NCBI GenBank assembly: GCA_020718125.1
Contig: DYDC01000001.1
Span: 1 to 44,668, forward strand
Source of the DNA: Methylacidiphilum sp.
GTDB taxonomy: Bacteria > Verrucomicrobiota > Verrucomicrobiia > CAIQCK01
Length of the DNA stretch: 44,668 bases
Direction of reading: 5' to 3'
The position numbers were made by a program, and so were the translations under genes. Position 1 is the first letter of the stretch, and every line of letters starts with the position of its first letter. The notes under the pieces are model-generated. The model did not search any database. It was not told where the DNA came from and saw only the letters and a program-made list of their open reading frames with translations. This document shows positions 33,580 through 42,664 of this stretch, piece by piece.

Positions 33580-33870
33580 ATGGCGCTGAAGCAGTTGACG
33601 TTCGCGAAGGACGTGGACGATCTCGACACGCTTTATCTGCCCGACGACAGCATCGTGTTCTCATCCACGCGCGAGCCGAAGTATTGCGGTTGCAACCGGC
33701 ACATCATGGCCAATCTCCATCGCATGGAGGCCGACGGCGCGAACATGCGCCCGATCGGCAAGGGCGCGTTGTTCGAGGGGCACAGCAGCCTGACGCCCGA
33801 CGGCCGCATCCTTTGCGACCGGTGGGAATACGTGGACCGGAACGTCGGCGACGCGCAGGGACTATTGACT
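33580..33870 (+). pseudogene. possible remnant of a PD40/TolB-like beta-propeller protein gene
   Basis: LPDDSIVFSSTRE...MEADGANMRPI...LTPDGRILCDRWEYVDR resembles internal blades of large PVC propeller proteins. Only about 95 codons are present, and the ORF then runs into the riboswitch. Confidence 0.3.
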
Positions 33871-33904
33871 TCGCCGGGCGGGGCCGATATTTTCGGCCGT
33901 GTTG

Positions 33905-34130
33905 TAAGTCTTCAGGGCAGGGTGAACATGCCGCCTGTAGTGACGGTGGCGGCAAGTGATTCCCGACCGGCGGTAAACCCCGCGACCCCTCGCGAGCAGA
34001 GGGCTGATCCGGTGCAACTCCGGAGGCGACGGTAAAGTCCGGACGAAAGAAGAATTCGTGGCTCGCCTGCAAGGCAGGCGGCGTGTCACTTTCGACCCTG
34101 AAGGCTGTGCGGCTTCAGGGTTGTTATTTT
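33905..34130 (+). promoter_or_regulatory. FMN riboswitch (RFN element) with expression platform, upstream of ribBA
   Basis: CTTCAGGGCAGGGTGAA...ATTCCCGACCGGCGGTAAACCCCGCGA...GATCCGGTGCAACTCCGGAGGCGACGGTAAAGTCCGGACGAAAGAAGA matches the conserved RFN core blocks in order. Confidence 0.85.
34095..34130 (+). terminator. riboswitch terminator/sequestor hairpin
   Basis: ACCCTGAAG-(9-nt loop)-CTTCAGGGT followed by TGTTATTTTA, immediately before the ribBA ATG. Confidence 0.5.
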
Positions 34131-34131
34131 A

Positions 34132-35376
34132 ATGAGTGAGAAACTGACAGTGCAGCCTGGCCAGGACCTGATTCCCGGTTGTCCGTTCGACCCGGTGGAT
34201 GAGGTCATCGCCGATGTGCGCGCCGGCAAGCTGGTGATCGTCACCGACGACGCCGACCGTGAGAACGAGGGCGACCTCATTGTCGCAGCGGAGAAGATCA
34301 CGCCTGCGGTGGTGAACTTCATCGTCAAGCACGGGCGCGGCCTGCTGTGCGTGGCGTTGCAGGACGAGGACCTCACCCGCCTCGGCATCAGCCGGATGGT
34401 TGAGCAGAACCACGACTCGTTCGGGACGGCGTTCATGGTCACCGTGGACGCCGCGGAAGGTGTCACCACAGGCATCAGCGCTGCCGATCGGGCGAAAACA
34501 ATCCAAGTGCTCGGCAGTCCAAAATCGAAGCCGGACGACCTGCGGCAGCCCGGCCACGTCAATCCGCTCGCGGCGCGTCCGGGCGGCGTGTTGCGGCGCG
34601 CGGGGCATACGGAGGCGGCAGTGGACCTGGCGCGGCTGGCGGGGCTGCATCCGTGCGGCGTGCTCTGCGAGATCATGAACGACGACGGCGCGATGGCACG
34701 GCTGCCGGAACTGATCGCGTTCAAGCGCAAACACGGCCTGAAGATGTGCAATATGCGCGACCTGATCCACCATCGGAACCGGCGCGAGAAGCTCATAGTC
34801 AAGGAGCGGGAGGTGACGATGCCGACGGATTGCGGCCACTTCAAGCTGCACCTCTACCGTTCGCTGGTTGACGGCCAGCACCACGTCGCGCTGGTCAAGG
34901 GCGACGTGCGCGGCCGGCGGGGCGTGCTGGTGCGCGTCCACAGCGAATGCCTCACGGGTGATGTGTTTCATTCGCAGCGATGCGACTGCGGCGGCCAGCT
35001 CCACCGCGCCATGAAGATGGTCGAGGACGAGGGGTGTGGCGTCATCGTCTATCTGCGGCAGGAAGGCCGTGGTATCGGTCTGTCGCACAAGATTCACGCC
35101 TACGAGTTGCAGGAGAAGGAAGGTTTGGACACGGTTGAGGCGAATGAACGCCTCGGCTTCCAAGCCGACCTGCGCGAATACGGCATCGGCGCCCAGATCC
35201 TCGTGGACCTCGGCCTTCGCTCCATCCGCCTGCTGACGAACAATCCCAAGAAGATGATCGGTCTCGACGGCTTCGGCCTGAAGGTGATCGAGCAACTGCC
35301 GATCCGCGGCAACCTGACGCCGCACAACGCCCGCTATCTGAAAACCAAGAAACTCAAACTGGGCCACGTCCTCTGA
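34132..35376 (+). CDS. ribBA: bifunctional 3,4-dihydroxy-2-butanone-4-phosphate synthase / GTP cyclohydrolase II
   Basis: DDADRENEGDLI (RibB) and VRVHSECLTGDVF..RCDCG (RibA zinc site) motifs. Confidence 0.95.
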   Translation: MSEKLTVQPGQDLIPGCPFDPVDEVIADVRAGKLVIVTDDADRENEGDLIVAAEKITPAVVNFIVKHGRGLLCVALQDEDLTRLGISRMVEQNHDSFGTAFMVTVDAAEGVTTGISAADRAKTIQVLGSPKSKPDDLRQPGHVNPLAARPGGVLRRAGHTEAAVDLARLAGLHPCGVLCEIMNDDGAMARLPELIAFKRKHGLKMCNMRDLIHHRNRREKLIVKEREVTMPTDCGHFKLHLYRSLVDGQHHVALVKGDVRGRRGVLVRVHSECLTGDVFHSQRCDCGGQLHRAMKMVEDEGCGVIVYLRQEGRGIGLSHKIHAYELQEKEGLDTVEANERLGFQADLREYGIGAQILVDLGLRSIRLLTNNPKKMIGLDGFGLKVIEQLPIRGNLTPHNARYLKTKKLKLGHVL

Positions 35377-35846
35377 TGCTACGCGCGCACAAATCACAAC
35401 CAGTTCTCTCTGCTGATGGCCTGCGATTTGCAGTCGTTGGCAGCCGCTACAACCGTCGCTTTGCCGACGCGCTCGTGAACCACGCCACGCGCACCCTGCA
35501 CAAGGCCGGCGCAGACCGCGCAGACGTGAAGGTCGTGCGGGTGCCGGGCGGGTTTGAGATTCCCGTCGTGGTCGAACGGCTGGCGGCGAGCGGCCATTTC
35601 GACGCGATCATCGCCCTCGGCGTCATCATCCGCGGCGAGACGGCGCACGCCGACCTGATTGGCGCATCCATCACTCGCGAGTTGGCCGGCACGGCCGTGC
35701 GGCACGGTTTACCAATCATCCACGAAGCATTGTTGCTGCAAAACGAGGAGCAGGCCGAAGTGCGCTGCGTGAAGCCGGAGCACAACCGGGGCACGGAAGC
35801 CGCGTTGACGGCGATCGAGATGGCGCGGTTGATGCAGGAGCTTTGA
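35376..35846 (+). CDS. ribH: 6,7-dimethyl-8-ribityllumazine synthase
   Basis: VRVPGGFEIP and ALGVIIRGETAHADL motifs. The start overlaps the ribBA stop. Confidence 0.9.
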   Translation: MLRAHKSQPVLSADGLRFAVVGSRYNRRFADALVNHATRTLHKAGADRADVKVVRVPGGFEIPVVVERLAASGHFDAIIALGVIIRGETAHADLIGASITRELAGTAVRHGLPIIHEALLLQNEEQAEVRCVKPEHNRGTEAALTAIEMARLMQEL

Positions 35847-35849
35847 ATC

Positions 35850-36323
35850 ATGGGCACACGACGACAGAGCCGCGAAGCCGCAGTCCAGATCCTCTACCAG
35901 CGCGACCTCAACCCGCATGAGGCGCTGGACGATGCCGTGGCGAGATTTTGGAAGGAGCAGGATTATCCCGACGACATCCGCGCCTTTGCTGAAAAGCTGG
36001 CGCGCGGCGCGCTGGAGAAGCGGGACGCCGTGGACGAGCAGATCAAACGGGTCACGGAGAACTGGGAGTTGGAGCGCATCGCGGCCGTGGACCGGAATAT
36101 CCTGCGGCTGGCGATCCATGAGATGATGTTTTGCGACGACATCCCGCCGGTCGTCTCGATCAACGAGGCGGTGGACATCGCCAAGAAGTTCAGCACCAAG
36201 GAGAGCGGCAAGTTCGTCAACGGCATCCTCGACCGCATCCGCAAGGAGTTGCCCCGTCCCGCCCGCACAGCCGGCCCGCGCGAGCCGGAGAGCGGCGGTT
36301 CCGCGCCCACGGCAGCATCATGA
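35850..36323 (+). CDS. nusB: transcription antitermination factor NusB
   Basis: RRQSREAAVQILYQ, DRNILRLAIHEM and INEAVDIAKKF motifs. Confidence 0.9.
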   Translation: MGTRRQSREAAVQILYQRDLNPHEALDDAVARFWKEQDYPDDIRAFAEKLARGALEKRDAVDEQIKRVTENWELERIAAVDRNILRLAIHEMMFCDDIPPVVSINEAVDIAKKFSTKESGKFVNGILDRIRKELPRPARTAGPREPESGGSAPTAAS

Positions 36324-37162
36324 ACCGCGTGGCCGACCTGCACCTGCACACGCGCCATTCCGACGGCACCTTCACCTCCGCCGAGGTTGTCGCGCGAGCG
36401 GGCGCGGCGGGTTTCGCGTGCATCTCGCTCACCGATCACGACACGCTGGGCGGCGTCCCGGAGATGATCCCGCTATGTGAGGCGGCCGGCATCGAGTTCA
36501 TCCCGGGATGCGAACTGACGGCGCGCTGGAACGAAAAGGAAGTTCACGTCTTGGCGTATTGCGTAGGATGCGAGGATTCGGAGTTTTGCGCGGCGATTGA
36601 GCGTTTCAAGTCCGCGCGCGCGAAGCGCGTCGCGGACATGGTGGGCAAACTGCAAGGCAAAGGGGTTGGCTTGCAAGTCGAGGACGTGACGGCGCTCGCG
36701 GACCGGGGCAGCGCGCTCGGCAGGCTCCACGTTGCGCGCGCGCTCTTGAACCGGGGTTTCATCGGCGAGATTGATGAGGCGTTTCAGCGGTTCATCGGGA
36801 CGGGCAGGCCGGCCTTCGTCCCGAAGTTTCGGCTGTCGGTGGCCGAGGCGGCAACGCTGATTCATCGTGGCGGCGGCGCGGCCATCTTCGCGCATCCGGG
36901 TCTTGCCAACCTCGACGACCAGTTTGACGCGCTGCTGGCTGCGGGCCTGGACGGCATCGAAGTGTGGCACAGCCGGCATTCCGCGTCGCAATGCAAACGG
37001 TATCTGGATTTCGCCACGGCACGGGGTTGTGTCATCACTGGTGGCAGCGACTGCCACGGCATGGCCAAGGGCGAGGTCCTCATCGGCAGCGTCAGGCTCG
37101 ACTATGCCCATGTCGAGCGGTTAAAGGAATGTCATGCTCGGATTGCTTCAAAAGTTTCGTGA
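36320..37162 (+). CDS. PHP-domain phosphoesterase (TrpH/YciV-like)
   Basis: DLHLHTRHSDG, TDHDT and AHPG motifs of the PHP family. The ATG at 36320 overlaps the nusB stop. Confidence 0.8.
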   Translation: MNRVADLHLHTRHSDGTFTSAEVVARAGAAGFACISLTDHDTLGGVPEMIPLCEAAGIEFIPGCELTARWNEKEVHVLAYCVGCEDSEFCAAIERFKSARAKRVADMVGKLQGKGVGLQVEDVTALADRGSALGRLHVARALLNRGFIGEIDEAFQRFIGTGRPAFVPKFRLSVAEAATLIHRGGGAAIFAHPGLANLDDQFDALLAAGLDGIEVWHSRHSASQCKRYLDFATARGCVITGGSDCHGMAKGEVLIGSVRLDYAHVERLKECHARIASKVS

Positions 37163-38063
37163 GGGCCTCTCCAAGACCCACGACAAGCTGGTCGGCGAGA
37201 TCAAGCGCATCGTCACCCGCGCGCCCAAGCTCGACCCGGAATCATTGGATGAACTTGAAGCCGCGCTGATCGGTTGCGACATCGGCGTCGAGACCGCGTT
37301 GCGGATCGTGGAGGAAGTCCGCAATGCGAGCGCTGAGGTGGGTCGGGCGTCCCGCACGGCCTCTGGCGAGGTGGATGTGGTGGCAATCGCCAAGCGCATC
37401 GCGTCCGAGGCGCTCAACAGCGGCCCGCTCGCACTGCGTCAGGCCGCGCGGCCGCCGACGGTCGTGTTGCTGGCAGGCGTCAACGGCACCGGCAAGACAA
37501 CCTCGACGGCCAAACTCGCGCATCAGCTCAAACAGGACGGTCGGAGCGTGCTGCTCGCCGCGTGCGACACGTTCCGAGCGGCGGCCATCGAGCAGCTTAA
37601 GATTTGGGGCCAGCGCACCGGCTGCGATGTGATTGCCGGCCAATACGGCGCCGACTCGGCCGCCATCGCCTTTGACGCGCTCGATGCGGCCATCAGCCGC
37701 AAGTGTGACTACCTGTTGATTGACACCGCCGGGTGCCTGCACACGAAGAAGAATCTCATGGATGAGATGGCCAAGATGCGGCGCGTGATCCGAAAACGAG
37801 TGCCCGACGCGCCGCACGAGACGCTGCTGGCGCTGGATGCGACGACCGGCGTCAACGGTCTGAATCAAGCGCGGGAGTTTCATCAGGCGCTGGGCGTGAC
37901 CGGCCTCATTGTCACGAAGCTCGACGGCACCGCCAAAGGCGGTATCGTGGTGGCCATCAACCGCGAGTTGAAGATTCCCGTGAAGTTCATCGGCGTCGGC
38001 GAGCAGGCGGACGACCTCCAGCCCTTCGACGCCAAGGCGTTTGCCGATGCCCTCTTCAGTTGA
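37134..38063 (+). CDS. ftsY: signal recognition particle receptor FtsY
   Basis: GVNGTGKTTSTAKLA, DTAGCLHTK and TKLDGTAKGG SRP-GTPase motifs. Confidence 0.9.
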   Translation: MLGLLQKFREGLSKTHDKLVGEIKRIVTRAPKLDPESLDELEAALIGCDIGVETALRIVEEVRNASAEVGRASRTASGEVDVVAIAKRIASEALNSGPLALRQAARPPTVVLLAGVNGTGKTTSTAKLAHQLKQDGRSVLLAACDTFRAAAIEQLKIWGQRTGCDVIAGQYGADSAAIAFDALDAAISRKCDYLLIDTAGCLHTKKNLMDEMAKMRRVIRKRVPDAPHETLLALDATTGVNGLNQAREFHQALGVTGLIVTKLDGTAKGGIVVAINRELKIPVKFIGVGEQADDLQPFDAKAFADALFS

Positions 38064-39213
38064 GTTCGACGAGCAGATGATGCGGCGCGCGCTGGCGCTG
38101 GCCCGGCGCGCGTTGGGGGAGACTTCGCCCAACCCGATGGTGGGGGCCATCGTCGCCAAGAACCGCCGCCTTATCGCCGAGGGCTACCATTACCGCGCAG
38201 GCACGCCACACGCCGAGATTCATGCGCTGAAAGCGGCCGGAACCCGCGCCAGGGGCGCAGACCTCTACGTGACTCTGGAGCCGTGCAGCACACACGGCCG
38301 GACACCGCCCTGCACGGACGCCATCATCGAGGCTGGCATCCGCCGCGTCGTGGTCGCGACGAAGGATCCAAACCCGCGTCACGCAGGCCGCGGCCTTGAC
38401 TTATTGAAAGAGGCTGGCATCAAGGTCGAGATGGGCCTGCTGGCTGAGGAAGCGGCCCGATTCAACGAATGTTTCAACAAATGGATCCGCGCAGGCACGC
38501 CGTTTGTCATCGCGAAGGCCGCCATGTCGCTCGACGGCAAGATTGCGACCGCCGGCGGCAAGTCGAAGTGGATCACCGGCGAGCCGGCGCGCGCGCTGGT
38601 GCGGGAGTTGCGGCGCGGTGTGGACGCGATCATGGTTGGGTGGCGAACCGTGGCGTTGGACGACCCGCGGTTGACGGTGCGGCTGCGCGGCGTCAAGCAT
38701 CAGCCGTGGCGGGTGGTGGTGGACGCGCGCGGTGAGTCGGGCTTGAAGGCGAACGTTTACACCGACGAGCACAAGGCGCGGACGATGGTGGTCACGAGCA
38801 AGTTGGCGCCTGCGGCTTGGCGCAAGCAACTAGCCGACCGCGGAGTTGCAATCATTGAGTGCGCTACTGTAGCGGCGGTCTCTGACCGCCGCAGCACCCG
38901 GAGTGAACGGCCGGCGGTCGGAGACCGCCGCTACAGTGATCGGATTGACCTGCGTGACGCGCTGCGGCGGCTCGGCGAGCGCGAGATCACGAGCGTGCTT
39001 GCCGAGGGTGGCGGGCGGTTATTGGGGGCGTTGATGGATCAGCGGCTGGTGGACAAGCTGGTGTTCTTCTACGCGCCGAAGATCATCGGCGGACGCGAAG
39101 CGCCGACGGCCATCGAGGGCGAGGGCATCAAGGCGCTGGCCGATGCCGTCACGTTGCGAAACGTCGAGTGGCGCAGGCTGGGGGAGGACCTCGTGGTGAC
39201 GGCTTACTGCTGA
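38041..39213 (+). CDS. ribD: bifunctional riboflavin deaminase/reductase RibD
   Basis: PNPMVGAIV, HAEIHAL and TLEPCSTHGRTPPC deaminase motifs, plus a C-terminal reductase region (EGGG). It carries a 70-nt palindromic insert. Confidence 0.9.
   Translation: MPMPSSVEFDEQMMRRALALARRALGETSPNPMVGAIVAKNRRLIAEGYHYRAGTPHAEIHALKAAGTRARGADLYVTLEPCSTHGRTPPCTDAIIEAGIRRVVVATKDPNPRHAGRGLDLLKEAGIKVEMGLLAEEAARFNECFNKWIRAGTPFVIAKAAMSLDGKIATAGGKSKWITGEPARALVRELRRGVDAIMVGWRTVALDDPRLTVRLRGVKHQPWRVVVDARGESGLKANVYTDEHKARTMVVTSKLAPAAWRKQLADRGVAIIECATVAAVSDRRSTRSERPAVGDRRYSDRIDLRDALRRLGEREITSVLAEGGGRLLGALMDQRLVDKLVFFYAPKIIGGREAPTAIEGEGIKALADAVTLRNVEWRRLGEDLVVTAYC
38867..38936 (+). repeat. REPIN-like hairpin doublet (family C) inside ribD, translated in-frame
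   Basis: CTGTAGCGGCGGTCTCTGACCGCCG ... CGGCGGTCGGAGACCGCCGCTACAG. The left arm is identical to the bioA copy. It encodes VAAVSDRRSTRSERPAVGDRRYS. Confidence 0.8.
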
Positions 39214-40103
39214 TCAGCAAAAGTTGCCAGCCGGCGAAACGCTTTTTGTTTCTCGCTCAGTTCGAGCTTGGTCGTGTTCAGCGTTTCCCGCAGGAACTCG
39301 ATGCTCTGGTCATAAACTTCGCGGTTTACCGGATACGGATGACCGTCTTTGCCGCCGTGGGCGAAGCTGAAACGGGCCGGGTCGCGCCAACTGGGGGCGG
39401 TGCCGTAAAGTAGTTCGCTGATGAGAGCGAGGGCGCGCAAAGTTTTCGGCCCGACGCCGGGGAGTGACAGGAGTTGCTCGAAGGACTGTGGCGCGGTTTC
39501 GTAGGTTTGAAGCAGGATGCGATGAAGGCGGTCGGGGTTGATGTCCGCGATGCGTATCGGATGGCGGCGAGGCTGGGTTAGTTCGAAACCGGGCAGCGCG
39601 GGCGTAGAGTGGGCCGTGCGTCTCGCACGGCTTGTCGCTGATGATTGGCCGTGCGGGACGCACGGCCCACTCTGTTCAAGTTCCTTCATCAGCGCGTCAG
39701 GCTGCTCGCGGGTCACAGTCACGCTTGCTTGACGAGTCGCATCACTCTCCGCCGCCACAAGGTTCAGCGTCGCTTGTCCGCGCTGGTCACAGCAGACGGC
39801 GGCGTGAGGCTCGTTGACAAAGTTCTGCACGTTGTCGCCGAGCCAAGGGTAGCGGCGGGCGTATTTGCCGGTCGCGTTCATGCCTTGCTGGACTACGGCC
39901 CAATAGCCGCTCGACGTGAACAGAAAACAGTGGTGATAGAGGTCGTAGCCGTCCTGCACGGCAGCAGAGTCCACCTTTGCAGCGAGTTTACTCGCGTAAA
40001 CCAATTCCATCGGACTGCGGCTGAGCGCGTAACAATGCGCCTCGATCTCCGACGGTGTCTTGCGCGAGGTGGCGCCTTTGCCGCCGGCGACGCCGGTTTT
40101 CAC
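39204..40103 (-). pseudogene. DUF763-family gene lacking its N-terminal ~110 codons
   Basis: Family-like sequence starts at GVAGGKGATSRKTPSEIE... and includes VDSAAVQDGYDLYHH, VVQQGMN and EPHAAVCCD. The upstream part of the ORF-track reading frame is antisense to ribE and unrelated. The only possible start is the GTG at 40103. Confidence 0.5.
39606..39673 (-). repeat. REPIN-like hairpin doublet (family B) inside the DUF763 remnant, in-frame
   Basis: On the minus strand the first 27 nt (AGAGTGGGCCGTGCGTCCCGCACGGCC) are identical to the bioF copy. It encodes QSGPCVPHGQSSATSRARRTAHST. Confidence 0.75.
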
Positions 40104-40157
40104 GCGGCAACGACAGGAGTCTGGACGCGACGAGTCGAGCCGACTATGCTTGCGGCC

Positions 40158-40754
40158 ATGTTTACAGGATTGGTTGAAGAGGCTGGCGAGGTCGTCAGCG
40201 TGAAACGCGGCAAGAAATCCACCGAGTTGACCGTGCGCGCGGCGCTGGTGCATCGAGGACTGCGGAAAGGCGACAGCCTCGCCGTCAACGGCGCCTGCCT
40301 GACCACGGTGCGCAAACGAGGCGCGTTGCTTGGCTTTGATGTGCTGGAGGAGACGCTCCGCGTTACGAATCTCCAATATGTTCGCCCCGGTGATGTGGTG
40401 AACCTGGAGCGGCCGATGCGGGCCGACGCACGGCTGGGCGGGCATTTTGTGCTCGGTCACGTGGATGGCGTCGGCATCATCCGTCGCTGGGAACAGTCCG
40501 GAAAGGACTGGGTTTTAGAGGTTGCGGCGCCGAAGGCGCTGATGCGCTACCTCATCTACAAAGGTTCGGTGGCTGTGGACGGCATCAGCCTTACGGTGGC
40601 CGATGTGGGCCGCGGCTGGATTCGGATTTGGATCATTCCCCATACGCGCGAAGTCACGAACCTCCGCCAGCGCGAAGCCGGCGAGCACGTGAACCTTGAA
40701 GCCGACGTGCTCGGCAAATACGTCGAGCAATTGCTGGCCCAAAGGACTCGTTGA
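40158..40754 (+). CDS. ribE: riboflavin synthase alpha chain
   Basis: MFTGLVEEAG...SLAVNGACLT...GSVAVDGISLTV shows the duplicated lumazine-binding repeats. Confidence 0.9.
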   Translation: MFTGLVEEAGEVVSVKRGKKSTELTVRAALVHRGLRKGDSLAVNGACLTTVRKRGALLGFDVLEETLRVTNLQYVRPGDVVNLERPMRADARLGGHFVLGHVDGVGIIRRWEQSGKDWVLEVAAPKALMRYLIYKGSVAVDGISLTVADVGRGWIRIWIIPHTREVTNLRQREAGEHVNLEADVLGKYVEQLLAQRTR

Positions 40755-40789
40755 CATTGTCCGCTGCGTGAAGCTATTTTCGCCACACT

Positions 40790-41527
40790 GTGTCACCTTC
40801 GATTGAGAAGTTATTGATAATTCAAGACCGCGACCGACGGGCGCTGCAACTCGACTTGGAACTCAAGCGCATACCGGGCGAGCGTGCGGAGGTTGAGGCC
40901 CGCGCCAAGGCCGCCACCACGCGGCTTGAGGAACTCAAGCTCAAGGCCAAGCAGGTCGAGTCCGAGCGCAAGGAACTGGAGAACCAGGTCGGGACCAAGC
41001 GGGAGCAGATCAACAAGTGGCGCGGACAGCAGCTTCAGACGAAGAAGAACGAGGAATATCAAACGCTGGCGCATGAAATCCAGAACGCCGAAAAAGAGAT
41101 ATTCAAGATCGAGGACAAAGAACTCGACCTGATGGACAAGGCCGAGAAAATTGCCGCGGAGATCAAGAAAGAGCAGCAGGTGCTCACGGAAGTGAACGCC
41201 GTGGCGCTGCGACAGCGGGACACGCTTGGCCAGCGCGAAACGGCGATGAAGGCCGAACTCGAAAAGCTCAAAGCCGAACGCGGCGCACTCTGCAAGGACG
41301 TGGACGAGTCCGTCATGTCGCGGTATGAGCGCATCATGCGGCACCGGAAAGATTCAGCGGTGGTGCCGGTCCAGCACGGCATTTGCGGCGGTTGCCACTT
41401 GCAGATTCCGCCGCAGGTGATGCACCAGGCCAAGAGCAGCGAGGAGATGGTCACTTGCGACCAATGCGGCCGGATTTTATATTGGTCGCGCGAATTTGAG
41501 CCGGCGGCGCAGACCGCCGCGCATTGA
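40790..41527 (+). CDS. coiled-coil zinc-ribbon protein (COG1579/DUF164-like)
   Basis: GTG start. Long coiled coil followed by CGGCHLQIP...CDQCGRILY. Confidence 0.7.
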   Translation: MSPSIEKLLIIQDRDRRALQLDLELKRIPGERAEVEARAKAATTRLEELKLKAKQVESERKELENQVGTKREQINKWRGQQLQTKKNEEYQTLAHEIQNAEKEIFKIEDKELDLMDKAEKIAAEIKKEQQVLTEVNAVALRQRDTLGQRETAMKAELEKLKAERGALCKDVDESVMSRYERIMRHRKDSAVVPVQHGICGGCHLQIPPQVMHQAKSSEEMVTCDQCGRILYWSREFEPAAQTAAH

Positions 41528-41533
41528 TCTTTT

Positions 41534-41905
41534 CGAAGGGGCGGATAGTCGCTGGCTTCGCTTCGGCGGGGCTGGAGGAAAGTCCGGACTCCATAGGGCA
41601 GGACGCCCCGTGAAAGCGGGGGAGCGCCGCTTCAAAGCGGCGTGACGGACAGTGCCACAGAGAACATACCGCCCCGATGTCGGCAACGGCGCCGGGGTAA
41701 GGGTGAAAAGGTGCGGTAAGAGCGCACCGGGCGCGCGAGCAATCGCCGCCGCATGGAAAACCCCGTCCGGAGCAAGACCGAATAGGGGACTGAGTGGCCC
41801 GCTCGTCGGTCCCGGGTATTGGTCGCATAGACAAATGACTGTCTGAATCCTGTGAGCCTTTGCGGGCCACGCAGGATAAACAAAATCCGGCTTACGGCCC
41901 CTTCG
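41534..41905 (+). ncRNA. rnpB: RNase P RNA, bacterial type A
   Basis: P1 CGAAGGGGC/GCCCCTTCG. Conserved GAGGAAAGTCCGGACTCC, ACAGAGAACATACCGCC, GGTAAGGGTGAAAAGGTGCGGTAAGAGCGCACC and ACAAAATCCGGCTTAC blocks are present in the canonical order. Confidence 0.9.
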
Positions 41906-41924
41906 AATTATTGAAAATGGAGTG

Positions 41925-41987
41925 ATGGAGTATTGGAGTGGTGAAGTCATGGGTTGATTGCGGCCCGATGCTCCAATACTCCATGAC
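41925..41987. repeat. GGAGTAT-type heptad tract with 14-nt perfect inverted repeat
   Basis: ATGGAGTATTGGAG (41925-41938) and CTCCAATACTCCAT (41971-41984) are exact reverse complements. They lie directly downstream of rnpB. Confidence 0.6.
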
Positions 41988-42010
41988 GCCACGCCCGACG
42001 CGACAACGCC

Positions 42011-42664
42011 GTGCTCTACCCAATCTTCCTCGAACTCGCCGGCGCCGCCTGCGTCGTGGTCGGCGGCGGTCCGGTGGCACAACGTAAAGTGCAGTCTCTC
42101 TTGTCAGCCGGCGCTCGCGTGAAAGTCGTCGCGCTGACCGCCTCGGAACGGATCGAGTCTCTTGCCGCGGAGGGGAAATTAGAGTGGATAGGGGAGCTTT
42201 ACCGGCCGGATCATCTCGATGGCTCTCGGCTGGTCTTTGCTGCCACCGACGACCCGCAGCTCAACGCGCGCATTGCCGCCGATGCCCGGTCGCGCGATGC
42301 GCTGACCAATGTTGCCGAACCACCGGAGGCGGGCGACTTCATGGTGCCGGCGACCCTCAAGCGCGGCGACATCGTCCTGGCCATCTCCACCGGCGGCACC
42401 AGCCCGGCGCTGGCGAAGAAGCTGCGCCAGCAGTTGGAGGATGTCATTGGCGAGGAATACGGCGACTTGGCGAGGTTGCTGGGCGAACTGCGCCCGCTCG
42501 CGGAGCAGCAAATCAAGGCGCAGAACAAACGCCAGCAGTTCTACGAAGATGTCCTCAACTCCACCGTGCTGGATCTGCTCCGCGCCGGCAAGCACGACGA
42601 GGCCCGCCACCGATGCGAGAAACTGCTGGCGGGGTTGACGAAGCAGCCTGCCGCCCATGAATGA
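42011..42664 (+). CDS. precorrin-2 dehydrogenase / sirohydrochlorin ferrochelatase (siroheme synthase N-terminal domain, SirC/Met8-like)
   Basis: GTG start. VVVGGGPVAQRKVQSLLSAGARVKVVA is a Rossmann motif, and the length (217 aa) fits the CysG N-domain. Confidence 0.7.
   Translation: MLYPIFLELAGAACVVVGGGPVAQRKVQSLLSAGARVKVVALTASERIESLAAEGKLEWIGELYRPDHLDGSRLVFAATDDPQLNARIAADARSRDALTNVAEPPEAGDFMVPATLKRGDIVLAISTGGTSPALAKKLRQQLEDVIGEEYGDLARLLGELRPLAEQQIKAQNKRQQFYEDVLNSTVLDLLRAGKHDEARHRCEKLLAGLTKQPAAHE

Noticed and set aside
33385-34035. 216-aa ORF spanning the alaS 3' end, the propeller-like fragment and the riboswitch.
   Set aside because: The first part overlaps alaS in another frame and the last part runs through the conserved FMN aptamer. 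Only the middle ~95 codons look protein-like, and these are reported as a possible remnant.
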